64,000 bases of DNA from an uncultured Acidimicrobiia bacterium (GTDB lineage: Bacteria > Actinomycetota > Acidimicrobiia > IMCC26256 > JAENVU01): the NCBI GenBank assembly GCA_963756815.1, contig CAVWPR010000015.1, positions 76 to 64,075 on the forward strand. The letters are read 5' to 3'. Position numbers and translations under genes: made by a program. Position 1 is the stretch's first letter. Every line of letters starts with the position of its first letter. This document shows, in pieces, positions 18,703-28,372 of the stretch. The notes beneath the pieces are model-generated. The model searched no databases and was not told the origin of the DNA. It saw only the letters and a list, made by a program, of their open reading frames with translations.

Positions 18703-19611
18703 GTGACGCTCGCGATCACGCTCGTCGCCCGTCTCGGCTGGAGCGGGTGGCCGACGGAGCTGTTCACGAACTTCCCGGTGCAGCTGCTCTGCGTCGGTGT
18801 CGTGGTCACCGTCCTTGCCGCACTGCTCCGTGCGCCGATCTCGTGCGCGTTGGGCGCGATCGCGATGCTGCTCAGCGGCCTCACCGTCTTGGGCACCCTC
18901 ACCACCGACCCGAGCCCGGCCCGTCCCGACGGCGAGCGCATCAGCGTGGGGCACCTGAATGCGCAGTCGCGGTCCATCGACACCGCCGCCCTCGCCGCCT
19001 ACCTCGCTCGCACGCAGCCCGACGTGTTCGTCGTGTTGGACCCGCTCCAGCCCGACGTGCGCGCGCTGCGGGCGGCGACCACCGGATTCGAGATCCGGAC
19101 GACGGGATCGCGGATCGACCAGGTGTCGAACTACGTGCGCACCATCGTGCTCAGCCGAGTCCCCGTCACCGACGTGCGGCATCCGGCGGACCAGTCGTTC
19201 GGTCCCTCGGCGGTGGAGATGACGATCGCCTCGGCCGACGGCCCGGTGGCGGAGCTCGTCTTCGGAACCGATTCGCCGACCACACCGGGCCGCGCGCACG
19301 ACCGGGACCGGGCCCTGAACGCCGCCGCGCGCTGGAGCCGCGCGCACGCCGCCCGTCGCATCGTGGAAGGCGACTTCAACGCGACGCCGTGGTCACCGGC
19401 GTTCGAGCACCTCCTGGACGACGGTCGACTCACGAGCTCGCTGAACGGGTTCGGGCTCCAGGTCTCGTGGCCGGAATCGAACGTCCTGCTCCGCATCCCG
19501 ATCGACCACGCCCTCCTCGGACCCGGGCTGGCCGCCACCGACCGGGGCACGGGGCCGTCGTTCGGTTCCCAACACCGCAGCCTGCACGTGACCGTGGCGC
19601 CGGCGCGGTAG
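18703..19611 (+). CDS. endonuclease/exonuclease/phosphatase (EEP) family membrane protein
   Basis: 302 aa with N-terminal TM segments and an EEP catalytic tail (GDFNATPWSP .. IDHALL). The reading frame stays protein-like upstream of the listed GTG, so the true N-terminus may lie near 18615 (see findings). Confidence 0.75.
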   Translation: MTLAITLVARLGWSGWPTELFTNFPVQLLCVGVVVTVLAALLRAPISCALGAIAMLLSGLTVLGTLTTDPSPARPDGERISVGHLNAQSRSIDTAALAAYLARTQPDVFVVLDPLQPDVRALRAATTGFEIRTTGSRIDQVSNYVRTIVLSRVPVTDVRHPADQSFGPSAVEMTIASADGPVAELVFGTDSPTTPGRAHDRDRALNAAARWSRAHAARRIVEGDFNATPWSPAFEHLLDDGRLTSSLNGFGLQVSWPESNVLLRIPIDHALLGPGLAATDRGTGPSFGSQHRSLHVTVAPAR

Positions 19612-19633
19612 CCGCCGCCGGAGGCCGCAGCCG

Positions 19634-20554
19634 TCAGTGGGCGCCGGCGGGCACCGGCGGCGGTCCGAGCGCCCAGCCCAGCAGCGCGAGGAGCGACGTC
19701 GCCGCCGGTCGGACCACGAGCGGATCCGCCAACGGCACCGGCCAGAGCCCGAGCGCGCGTCGGCGATGGAATGGCAGCAGGTCGGCCGCGGCCGCCGCGA
19801 TCACGGTGTACGTCGGGAGCATCGGCAGCGGCAGGTTCGGCAGGACGAGGAAGCGGATCGCGGCGCGGGCCTCGGCGGTCATGGCGAGGTCGGGAACCGC
19901 CTCGATCCAGTCGGTGAGGTCCGTCGCGGTCTCGGGGAGATCCTCGGCCCCCAGGTGCCGTCCTACGATCGCCATCTCCGCGACGTAGCGGTCGGCGTCT
20001 GCGGGCTCGAGGTCCCGTCGGCCGTAGCGGCGGTAGGCAGCGAGGAAGGAGTCGACCTCGACGTTGTGGACCCACGCGAGCAGCGCGGGATCGTTGGCGT
20101 CGTAGGGACGTCCGTCGGACGCCGTACCGCGGACGCGATCGTGGATGTGACGGACCGACGTGACGGCCCGCTCGGCCTCGGCGCGTGTGCCGTAGGTGGT
20201 CGCCGCCACGAAACGACCGGTGCGGGAGAGTCGTCCCAGGGGGTCGTCCCGGTACGCCGAGTGCTCGGCGACCCCGGCCATCGCCAGGGGGTGCAGCGTC
20301 TGGAGGAACAGCGCTCGCAATCCGCCGACCAGCATCGAGCGATCGGCGTGCACGCGCCAGGTCATGGAGTCCGGCCCGAACCAGCCGGGCTCGTCGTCGG
20401 TCGCGAACGCGATCTCCGAGCGACGGTCCCGCGGGCCGGCGAGGGCGCGCCGCGCCGCTTGTCCGACGACGAGACGGGCCGGCGCCGTCACCACACCCGC
20501 GATGGAGCCGACGGTCCGCCCGATCGGCGGCGGCACGCGCGTGAGACTGCTCAC
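19634..20554 (-). CDS. DUF2236 (MpaB-like oxygenase) family protein
   Basis: This is the conserved part of ORF 19634..20749 (..GPDSMTWRVHADRSMLVGGLRALFLQTLHPLAMAGV..). Start set at the GTG that overlaps the stop of the upstream ABM gene (GTGA). Confidence 0.75.
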   Translation of the reverse strand: MSSLTRVPPPIGRTVGSIAGVVTAPARLVVGQAARRALAGPRDRRSEIAFATDDEPGWFGPDSMTWRVHADRSMLVGGLRALFLQTLHPLAMAGVAEHSAYRDDPLGRLSRTGRFVAATTYGTRAEAERAVTSVRHIHDRVRGTASDGRPYDANDPALLAWVHNVEVDSFLAAYRRYGRRDLEPADADRYVAEMAIVGRHLGAEDLPETATDLTDWIEAVPDLAMTAEARAAIRFLVLPNLPLPMLPTYTVIAAAAADLLPFHRRRALGLWPVPLADPLVVRPAATSLLALLGWALGPPPVPAGAH

Positions 20555-20853
20555 AGCGGGATCCGGGCCGAGACCTCGTAGCGGACGAGCTCGACGCTGC
20601 TCACCCGGAGGGCGGCCATGGCCGCGAAGAACTCGGCGAGGTGGGGCGACGCAGCGTGGGCGTCGTTCGTCTCCGGCGACGCCCACTCCTCGAACAGGCG
20701 GATCCGGCCGCGGTCGGCCGGGTCGACCCAGAAGTCGTACGCCACGCAACCTTCCTCGGCCCGTGTGGCCGCGACGAACGGCTCCGCCAGGGCCATGGCG
20801 GCGTCGAAATCGCTTGGGTCGATGAGGATCTCACCGGAAATGACGAGCGTCAT
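20551..20853 (-). CDS. antibiotic-biosynthesis-monooxygenase (ABM) domain protein
   Basis: 100 aa from ATG 20853 (MTLVISGEILIDPSD..CVAYDFWVDPADRGRIRLFEEWASPE..). This is a ferredoxin-like ABM pattern. Confidence 0.7.
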   Translation of the reverse strand: MTLVISGEILIDPSDFDAAMALAEPFVAATRAEEGCVAYDFWVDPADRGRIRLFEEWASPETNDAHAASPHLAEFFAAMAALRVSSVELVRYEVSARIPL

Positions 20854-20974
20854 GGGTGTGACCGTACCGGAGGGGCGGGTATCCACCGATCCGGGCCGGT
20901 CCGTCCCTACGCTTCCTTCCGTGGGTGGAGACGGCACCACACGGGGCCGGCCCTCCCGGAGCGTGGAGGAACGC

Positions 20975-21279
20975 ATGAAGCCGTCGTCGAGGATCGTCCG
21001 GATCGCAGCCGTCGTCGGCCGTGGGCGCGCTCGGCGCGCTCGGTGCCGCTCGGAGCCGCCGGGGCGTACCCGAATCCCACGCCGCCGGAGGTCGCACCGA
21101 GGGACACCAGTCGTCAGCCCACCTCGGTCGAGGCCGCGAGCGCCAGCCGCGCCAGCAAGCCGTCGACCCTGCCGTTCACGGGCACCGATGTGGCCGAGCT
21201 CGTCGCCATCGGCGGCGCGAGCGTGGGGGTCGGCGTGGTCCTCGTCCGACGCTCGCGGCGGTTGCGCACCACCGACTGA
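20975..21279 (+). pseudogene. small LPXTG cell-wall-anchored protein; two +1 frame changes between about 21017 and 21052
   Basis: The C-terminus [36 protein letters not shown] is a sortase sorting signal (LPxTG, hydrophobic stretch, basic tail). The ATG at 20975 gives [15 protein letters not shown]. The signal-peptide core [10 protein letters not shown] and the mature part are each one frame further on. Confidence 0.5.
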
Positions 21280-21311
21280 GGTCGTCGACCACGCGGGTAG
21301 CCTCCTCGGCC

Positions 21312-22301
21312 ATGCCCGCCACCGTGCGCACCGACTGGACGATCTCCGAGATCACCGACGTCTACGAGACGCCACTCATGGAGCTGGTGCGTCGCGCGTC
21401 GGATGTCCACCGCGCGTTCCACGACCCCGACGAGGTGCAGGTCAACCAGCTCCTGTCGATCAAGACGGGCGCCTGCCCCGAGGACTGCGGGTACTGCTCC
21501 CAGTCGGTGCACTACGACACGGGGGTGAAGCCTGAGCCGCTCATGGACGTCGACGAGGTCGTGCGGACGGCGCGGCGGGCACAGCGGGCCGGCGTCACCC
21601 GCTTCTGCATGGGCGCGGCGTGGCGTGAGGTGAAGGACAACGCCCAGTTCGACCGTGTCTGCGAGATCGTCCGGCAGGTCGACGCGCTCGGGATGGAGGT
21701 CTGCGTCACCCTCGGCATGCTCGACGAAGCTCAGGCCCGCAAGCTCGCGGACGCCGGCCTCCACGCCTACAACCACAACCTCGACACGTCGCCCGAGTAC
21801 TACGACTCCGTGATCACGACCCGGACGTACCAGGACCGGCTCGACACCCTGGCCGCGATCCGCACCACGAACGTGACGGTCTGCTGCGGCGGAATCATCG
21901 GACTCGGAGAGACCGACGCCGACCGCGTGTCGTTCCTCCACCAGCTCGCGACGATGGATCCCCACCCCGAGTCGGTCCCGATCAACGTCCTCTCGCGCGT
22001 GCCGGGGACCCCGCTCGAGGACGCACCCGACGTCGACGTCTCGGACACCGTCCGCATGATCGCGACCTCCCGGATCCTCATGCCGGCCGCTCGCGTCCGC
22101 ATCGCAGCCGGCCGCCACCTCATGGGCTTCTCCGACCAGGCGCTGTGCTTCCTCGCCGGCGCGAACTCGATCTTCACCAGCGAGCGCAACATGATGCTCA
22201 CCGAGACCACGCCCTGCGCCGACCACGCGTCGGACCGTGCGCTGCTCGACTCACTCGGCCTCCGCATGCGGGTGCTCGACCGCGCCGAGCAGTCCGCCTG
22301 A
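21312..22301 (+). CDS. bioB: biotin synthase
   Basis: From ATG 21312, with the radical-SAM motif [11 protein letters not shown] and downstream BioB blocks ([22 protein letters not shown]). Confidence 0.95.
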   Translation: MPATVRTDWTISEITDVYETPLMELVRRASDVHRAFHDPDEVQVNQLLSIKTGACPEDCGYCSQSVHYDTGVKPEPLMDVDEVVRTARRAQRAGVTRFCMGAAWREVKDNAQFDRVCEIVRQVDALGMEVCVTLGMLDEAQARKLADAGLHAYNHNLDTSPEYYDSVITTRTYQDRLDTLAAIRTTNVTVCCGGIIGLGETDADRVSFLHQLATMDPHPESVPINVLSRVPGTPLEDAPDVDVSDTVRMIATSRILMPAARVRIAAGRHLMGFSDQALCFLAGANSIFTSERNMMLTETTPCADHASDRALLDSLGLRMRVLDRAEQSA

Positions 22302-22312
22302 GGCGGGCCGGC

Positions 22313-23288
22313 TCAGACCGATCGGTCGGCGCAGAACGTGCGCCGGTACGCGGTCGGGCTCGTGCCCATCGAGCGTTGGAACTGCAGCCGCAGTGCGGCC
22401 GCACTGCCGAACCCACTGCGGTCGGCCACCTGCTCCACGCTCGCGTCGGTGGTCTCGAGCAGCCGTCGGGCCAGCCCGACTCGTTGGGTCAGGATCCACT
22501 GGTGCGGGGTCGTGCCGGTGACCGCCCGGAACCGCCGGGCGAAGTGGCGAGGGCTCATCAGCGCGATCTGTGCGAGCTCGGCGACGCTCAGCTCCCGATC
22601 GAGGTGGGCGGCGGCCCACTCCAGCGCGGTGGCGAGCCCGTCCGTGCACTCCTCGGGCGGCCCGACCGGCGTCTGGATGAACTGTGCCTGCCCGCCGCGC
22701 CGGTGGGGTGAGACCACGAGGTCTCGGGCGACCTGGTTCGCGACCTCGGCGCCGAAGTCCCGCTGGACGATGTGCACGGCGAGGTCGATCGACGCGGCCG
22801 AGCCCGCCGACGTGAGAATGTCACCGTCGTCGACGTACAGCACCGCGGGATCGAGGTCGACATTCGGATAACGCGCCGCGGAACGTCTCCGCGTGCGCCC
22901 AGTGCGTGGTCGCCGGCCGACCGTCGAGCAGCCCCGCTTCCGCGAGCGCGAACGCGCCGGTGCAGAACGACACCATGCGGGCGCCGCGCGCGTGCGCGCG
23001 GCGCAGGGCGTCGGTCAGGGCCGGGCCGGCCGGGTCCTCGACGCCGCTCCATCCGGCCACCACCACGGTGTCGGCGCGCCGCAGCGCCTCCAGTCCGCGC
23101 TCCTCGTTGACCCGGAAGCCGCCGATCTGCACCGGCGAGGGTCCGGGCGTGCACGTCGTGTACCGGTACCACGGCACTCCGAGCAGCTCGGAGCGGTCGT
23201 AGCCGAAGAACTCGTCCGCGACCGACGGCTCGAACGCCGACATCCCGTCGACCAGGACCGACACCACCCGGTGGCGCGCGCTGCGCAT
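22313..23288 (-). pseudogene. GlxA-type AraC family regulator (DJ-1/PfpI-like N-domain plus AraC HTH); +1 frame change around 22865-22880
   Basis: ORF 22821..23288 gives the DJ-1/PfpI-like domain (..MVSFCTGAFALAEAGLLDGRPATTHW..). ORF 22313..22843 gives the rest, including the AraC HTH (MSPRHFARRFRAVTGTTPHQW .. GFGSAAALRLQFQRSMGTSPTAYRR). Confidence 0.85.
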
Positions 23289-23412
23289 GGCCGGATCCTA
23301 GCGATCGGGCGGGATCCTGACAATGGCGGTTTCCTCGCGTACATCGTCATTCCTGCCGGTGGCGTCGGGCCCGCCCCCGGAGGATCCTCGCGGGGAGCCA
23401 GGAGGTACGGAC

Positions 23413-23610
23413 ATGTTGAGCCCCCACATCAGCAGCGCATTCGCCCAGGAGCGCCAGGACCGCTACCGCCGGGAAGCCGCCGATCAGCGTCGCATCGGGC
23501 GCCGGCGGCGATCGGAGCCGACCGTGCGCGGGTCGACCGCACGCCGGGTGGCGAGCACGGACCCGTCGCCGCGGGGCGCGCCCTGCCCCGCGCCGTCGCC
23601 CGCGCACTGA
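23413..23610 (+). CDS. small basic hypothetical protein
   Basis: The ATG at 23413 is preceded by a strong AGGAGG 7 nt upstream. Product is MLSPHISSAFAQERQDRYRREAADQRRIGRRRR... No recognisable domain. Confidence 0.35.
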   Translation: MLSPHISSAFAQERQDRYRREAADQRRIGRRRRSEPTVRGSTARRVASTDPSPRGAPCPAPSPAH

Positions 23611-23639
23611 CCGCGATCGCCGGTCCTACCCTTGAGCCG

Positions 23640-23996
23640 GTGAGCGTTCCCGTCGACCTCGATGCCCTCGAAGCGACGGCCGCCGCGCTCGGGACCGAGG
23701 CATTGCTCGCGACCGTGACCGACGCGTCGACGCCACACGTCGTGTCGGTGCTCGTGCGGTGGGCCGACGGCCGCATCGAGGCGGGCGGTGGCCGGCGCAC
23801 CTCGACGAACATCGCCCTGCATCCGCAGGTCACGGTGCTGTGGCCCGAACGTCACGACGACGCCTACCGCCTCATCGTCGACGGCGACGCCACGGTCACG
23901 GGTGACACGGTCACGATCACGCCGACGTCCGCGGTGCTGCACCGCATCGCCGGCGCACCCGGGAACGGGCCCGCCTGCGTGCCCGTCGAAGGGTGA
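23640..23996 (+). CDS. pyridoxamine 5'-phosphate oxidase-like (split-barrel) family protein
   Basis: This is the C-terminal part of ORF 22893..23996 from the in-frame GTG 23640 (..ATVTDASTPHVVSVLVRW .. LWPERHDDAYRLIVDGDATV..). The rest of that ORF is antisense to the AraC gene. Confidence 0.6.
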   Translation: MSVPVDLDALEATAAALGTEALLATVTDASTPHVVSVLVRWADGRIEAGGGRRTSTNIALHPQVTVLWPERHDDAYRLIVDGDATVTGDTVTITPTSAVLHRIAGAPGNGPACVPVEG

Positions 23997-24152
23997 CACG
24001 CGGCGCGGCTCAGCCCGCAATCCCGCGCGCCGGTGCATCTCGACGACGTCGACGGCCGACGTTCCTGCACGCGAACCACGATGGCGGGACCCGTGAGCCG
24101 ATGTCCGTACGATCTGGACCGATCACCCGGCGAGCAGCGAGGTGTCACCGCG

Positions 24153-25971
24153 ATGACCGCGCGGATCGAGGACTACGCCCTGATCGGCGACACGCAGACT
24201 GCGGCGCTCGTCGGACGCGACGGCTCCATCGATTGGTGGTGCGCGCCGCGGTTCGACTCCGGCGCGGTGTTCGCCTCGCTGCTCGGGCGGCCAGACCACG
24301 GACGGTGGCTTCTCGCACCTGCAGGAGGCATCCGGTCGGTGGAGCGCTGCTACCGCGACGACACGTTGGTGCTCGAGACGACCTTCCGCACCGACGACGG
24401 CGACGTGCGCATCACGGACTGCATGCCGCTCCGCGGCGCGACCGTCGACATCGTGCGCGAGGTCGAAGGGCTGTCGGGGCGCGTCCCGATCCACATGGAG
24501 CTCGTGATCCGGTTCGACTACGGCTCGATCGTGCCGTGGGTCTACGGCTCGGATGCCGGTCTGCGCGCCGTCGCCGGTCCGGACGCGCTGGTCCTGCAGA
24601 CGCCGGCGCGCACGCACGGCGCGGGCAAGACGACCGTCGCCGACTTCGTGGTCGAGGCGGGCGAGAAGGTGCCCTTCATCCTGGCGTACCACGAGTCGCA
24701 CGTGCGCCCTCCGCACGACTACGACGCGAGCCCGCGCGATCAAGGACACCGAGCGCTGGTGGCGCAAGTGGTCACGCCAGTGCACCTACGAGGGTGAGTG
24801 GCGCGAGGCGGTCATGCGCTCGCTCATCACGCTCAAGGCGCTCACCTACGCGCCGACCGGCGGGATCGTGGCCGCGCCCACGACGTCGCTCCCCGAGTGG
24901 ATCGGCAGTGTCCGGAACTGGGACTACCGGTACTGCTGGCTGCGCGACGCCACGCTCACGCTGATCTCGCTCTCACTCGGTGGCTACACCGACGAGGCGC
25001 TCGCGTGGCGCGACTGGCTGCTGCGCGCCGCTGCGGGTGATCCCGAGGATCTGCAGATCATGTACGGGGTGGCCGGCGAGCGCCGGCTCACCGAGATGAC
25101 CCTCGAGTGGCTGCCCGGGTACGAGGGCTCCGAGCCCGTGCGGCTCGGCAACGCGGCGAGCGAGCAGTTCCAGCTCGACGTGTACGGCGAGGTGCTCGCG
25201 ACGCTGTACCGCACTCGCCGGCTGATCCCGGATCCGGGCGGGCACCGCGACTCCTGGGACCTCGAGATCGCGTTGCTGAGCTCGCTGGAAGGGTTGTGGC
25301 GAAAGCCGGACGAGGGCATCTGGGAGGTGCGCGGGCCGCGCGAGCACTTCACGCACTCGAAGGCCATGGCCTGGCTGGGGTTCGACCGAGCGGTGCGCAA
25401 CGTCGAGGACTTCGGGTTGCCGGGCCCTGTGGCCCGCTGGCGGCGCCTGCGCGACGAGATTCACGCGCAGATCTGCAACGAGGGCTTCGACACCGACCTC
25501 AACGCGTTCACCCAGGCCTACGGCTCCAAGCGGCTGGACGCGTCGGTGCTCCAGATGCCGATGTCCGGCTTCCTACCCGGCGACGACCCCCGAGTGAGCG
25601 GCACCGTCGACGCGATCGAGCGCAACCTCCTGCACGACGGCTTCGTCGCGCGGTACCAGACCGACGCGGTCGGCGCGGTCGACGGCCTCCCTGCGGGTGA
25701 GGGCACGTTCCTCCCCTGCTCCTTCTGGCTCGCCGACAACCGCGCCATGGTCGGGCGCGAGGACGCCGCGCACGAGATGTTCGAGCGGCTGCTCGCGCTC
25801 CGCAACGACGTCGGGCTGCTCGCCGAGGAGTACGACCCGGTGAGCGGCCGCCAGCTCGGCAACTTCCCGCAGGCCTTCACCCACGTGTGCCTGGTCACGA
25901 CCGCCGCCCACCTCTCGGCCATCTCGCTCGAGGGTCCCGAAGCCGACGGCACCGTGCACACCCGCCTGTGA
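24153..25971 (+). pseudogene. glycoside hydrolase family 15 (glucoamylase/trehalase-like); +1 frame change at CCC 24731-24733
   Basis: The N-domain from ATG 24153 (MTARIEDYALIGDTQTAALVGRDGSIDWWCAPRFDS) is in ORF 24033... The catalytic (alpha/alpha)6 domain (..VRNWDYRYCWLRDA.. NFPQAFTH..) is in ORF 24553..25971. Confidence 0.9.
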
Positions 25972-26017
25972 CGCGCCGGTGCCCGTCGCGGTCACACTCG
26001 GCTGCCAGACTCGTGCG

Positions 26018-26393
26018 ATGGCGTTCGGGCAATCGGCCGGTCCTCCGGCGTCACGGCGCCAGGTGGAGACCCTCGAGCAGCTCGTGCGCGCCGCCGGCCA
26101 CACCGATTTCCGCGACGCCAGGGGCCCGCTCGGCCTGAACCAGCGTCAGGCCGGCGGTCGGTTCACCCGCGACGAGGCGGACGCGCTGATCAGCCGTCTC
26201 GAGACCGAGGCCGAGACCGAGGGAGGCCGCGCCGGCGACCGACGCCGACCCGTCGGCCGCACGCCCACCGAGGGCACGGACGCCGGCGGCGTCGCGCCGC
26301 GACGCCGAGGTGGCCAACTCGCTCCACCGCGTCCCTGCGGAGCTCCTCGCCGCCGAGCTCCAGCGTCGCGGGTGGGTGGTGATGGAGCCCTGA
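26018..26393 (+). pseudogene. conserved hypothetical protein; +1 frame change at GGG 26221-26223
   Basis: It starts MAFGQSAGPPASRRQVETLEQLVRAAGHTDFRDARGPLGL.. in ORF 25979... After ..LETEAETE the next frame reads EAAPATDADPS..VANSLHRVPAELLAAELQRRGWVVMEP and ends at TGA 26391-26393. Confidence 0.5.
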
Positions 26394-26415
26394 TCCGATC
26401 CTGGACGCGTCGCCG

Positions 26416-27651
26416 CTAGGCGTCGACCCCGGCGGGCTCACGCGGAACGCCGGCCGCGAGGAGTTGGATCAATCCCCAGCCGATCAGGCCGATGACCGCG
26501 AGGAGGAGCACCACCTTGCCGGTCGGCCGCTCCCAGGTGATCAGGACCACACCGAGCACTCCCACGAGGAGACCCCGGAGCAGGCCGACGTGGTGCCCCA
26601 CCCACACGTTCACGGGCCCGATCTCGCCCACGGCGCCGCCGGCCTTCCCCGTCATGCGGTTCCACTGGCGCCGGACCGACTGTGCGGGTCGGGACGGACC
26701 CGCGAGCCACGCGATCAGCCACACGAGGATGCCGATGACCAGCACGACCTTGAACCCGCGCTGCGCGTACCGGGTGACGGTGTCGTAGATCACCGCGCCG
26801 GCCTCGTGCTTTCCGGGTCCGGGCAGCGAGTCCAGGTACAGGGTGCGGAGCAAGCCGTACCCGATCACGGCCACGACTGCCGCGATCGTGACGCCGATGC
26901 CCACCCGCACGACCGTGACGCGCTTCTTCGGCGCGATGACGATCGCGAGCCCGTAGAGGAGCAGCACGAGGATCGGCAGCACCCAGGCCAGCTTGTTCAG
27001 GATCTTCGTGTAGTCCTGGACCGACTTGAGATCCGCAGAGTCGATGAGGACGAACCGAACGCTCACGCGGCTGACGTCGATGTTGCTCGGCAACCCCAGG
27101 CCGATCTTGTCGAGCTGCTGCGCCACCTTCGCCGCAATGGGCCCGAGCTCCAGCACGACCTTGCCGTTGCTGTTCTTGATGTGCTTCGTGCCCTCCCCGG
27201 TGAGCGCAGCGACGATCTGGTCGTGGGCACGGCGGTTCGCGGCGTCCCACAGCTGCTGGAACTTGTCGGTACTGACCAACTTGAGCGTGGCGTTGTGCGC
27301 GAGCTGCGTGGCACCGGTTGCGATCGGCGCGGCGAGGAACTGCGCCTTGTCCGGCAGCGCCGACTTCGCGCGTCCCTGGATGTCGAGCTCCTTGACGAGC
27401 GCCACGCTCACCTTCGTGGCGATCGCCTCCTGCACCGCCGGGTCCGATGGGAGCGGCGACACCGTCTGCACGTAGCGGTCGGTGTTCAACATCAGGTTGC
27501 GGACCCAGACCGTGAGCCCTGCGAACGGCAGCAGCAGCGATGCGACGACGATGAGCACCATCGCGGTGACGGCCCGGCCGCGGCGGCGCGGCTCGGGGCC
27601 GTCGGTCGTCGCGACATCCGTCCGCGTGTCGGTGTCCTCGGTCATGCCCAC
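26416..27651 (-). CDS. integral membrane protein, unknown function
   Basis: 411 aa. It has one N-terminal TM, a soluble region of about 190 aa, then four or five TM segments. It is clearly protein-like compared with the two overlapping junk frames. Confidence 0.75.
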   Translation of the reverse strand: MGMTEDTDTRTDVATTDGPEPRRRGRAVTAMVLIVVASLLLPFAGLTVWVRNLMLNTDRYVQTVSPLPSDPAVQEAIATKVSVALVKELDIQGRAKSALPDKAQFLAAPIATGATQLAHNATLKLVSTDKFQQLWDAANRRAHDQIVAALTGEGTKHIKNSNGKVVLELGPIAAKVAQQLDKIGLGLPSNIDVSRVSVRFVLIDSADLKSVQDYTKILNKLAWVLPILVLLLYGLAIVIAPKKRVTVVRVGIGVTIAAVVAVIGYGLLRTLYLDSLPGPGKHEAGAVIYDTVTRYAQRGFKVVLVIGILVWLIAWLAGPSRPAQSVRRQWNRMTGKAGGAVGEIGPVNVWVGHHVGLLRGLLVGVLGVVLITWERPTGKVVLLLAVIGLIGWGLIQLLAAGVPREPAGVDA

Positions 27652-27784
27652 CCCGTTCTGTCGGCCGGCCTGCTCCCCGAAACGCGCAGCCGGCTCCGAC
27701 CATCATCATTGCCGGAACCGACGCGACGAGCACGCATCGTCGGCGGGCGAGCCGTCAGCGGCCGCCATCGGTAGAGTCCCGCCC

Positions 27785-28228
27785 ATGCTGATCGCAGGGA
27801 CCGACGGGTCCGAGCTGTCGACCGAAGCGCTGCGCGCCGGGCTCGCGTTGATGCCGGCGGACGAGGACGTGCTGCTCGTGACCGTCGTCGACTACGGGGA
27901 CCCGACGCTCGTCGCGGGCACCGGGATGGCCGGCGGAGTGATGACCGAGGGCGAGTTCCAGGAGCTCGACGACGCCCGCCTGTCCGAGGCGAACGCACTG
28001 CTCGGTGCGACCGCGGACGAGCTCGGGCTCACCGAGGCCGGGACGCTCGCGCTCCGGGGCGACGCCGGGCGCGCGCTCTGCGACCTGGCCTCCGAGCGCG
28101 GCGCGAGCGCAATCGTCCTCGGCACCCGCGGGCGCGGCGGCGTCAAGCGCGCGCTCTTGGGTTCGGTCTCCGACTTCGTCGTGCGCAACGCGCCGTGCCC
28201 CGTCGTCATCACCCGTCCGCCCGACTGA
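27785..28228 (+). CDS. universal stress protein (UspA family)
   Basis: From ATG 27785, with the C-terminal ATP-binding motif VLGTRGRGGVKRALLGSVSDFVVRNAPCPVVI. Confidence 0.85.
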   Translation: MLIAGTDGSELSTEALRAGLALMPADEDVLLVTVVDYGDPTLVAGTGMAGGVMTEGEFQELDDARLSEANALLGATADELGLTEAGTLALRGDAGRALCDLASERGASAIVLGTRGRGGVKRALLGSVSDFVVRNAPCPVVITRPPD

Positions 28229-28372
28229 CGCGGACGGACGGTTGCGGGGCCGCAGGTAAGGGCGAACGGCAGCGAGACACCCATCGCGGACCGCACGACG
28301 TGCGGATGGTCCTCGATCCGCGGAACGCCTCGGCGCGCGACCTCGTGAACGAGATCTGGCGGTCGCCTGCGC

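Noticed and set aside
17833-19347. N-terminal 500 aa of the 776-aa ORF that contains the TauD gene
   Set aside because: Only the last 271 codons (from ATG 17832) look like protein. The upstream part is antisense to the crotonase and EEP genes and is Arg/Glu/Gly-rich.
28310-28334. Imperfect hairpin (CCGCAC-GAC-GTGCGG with extensions) between the USP and META genes
   Set aside because: The stem is short with a bulge and no U-tract. It is not distinguishable from chance inverted repeats in GC-rich DNA.
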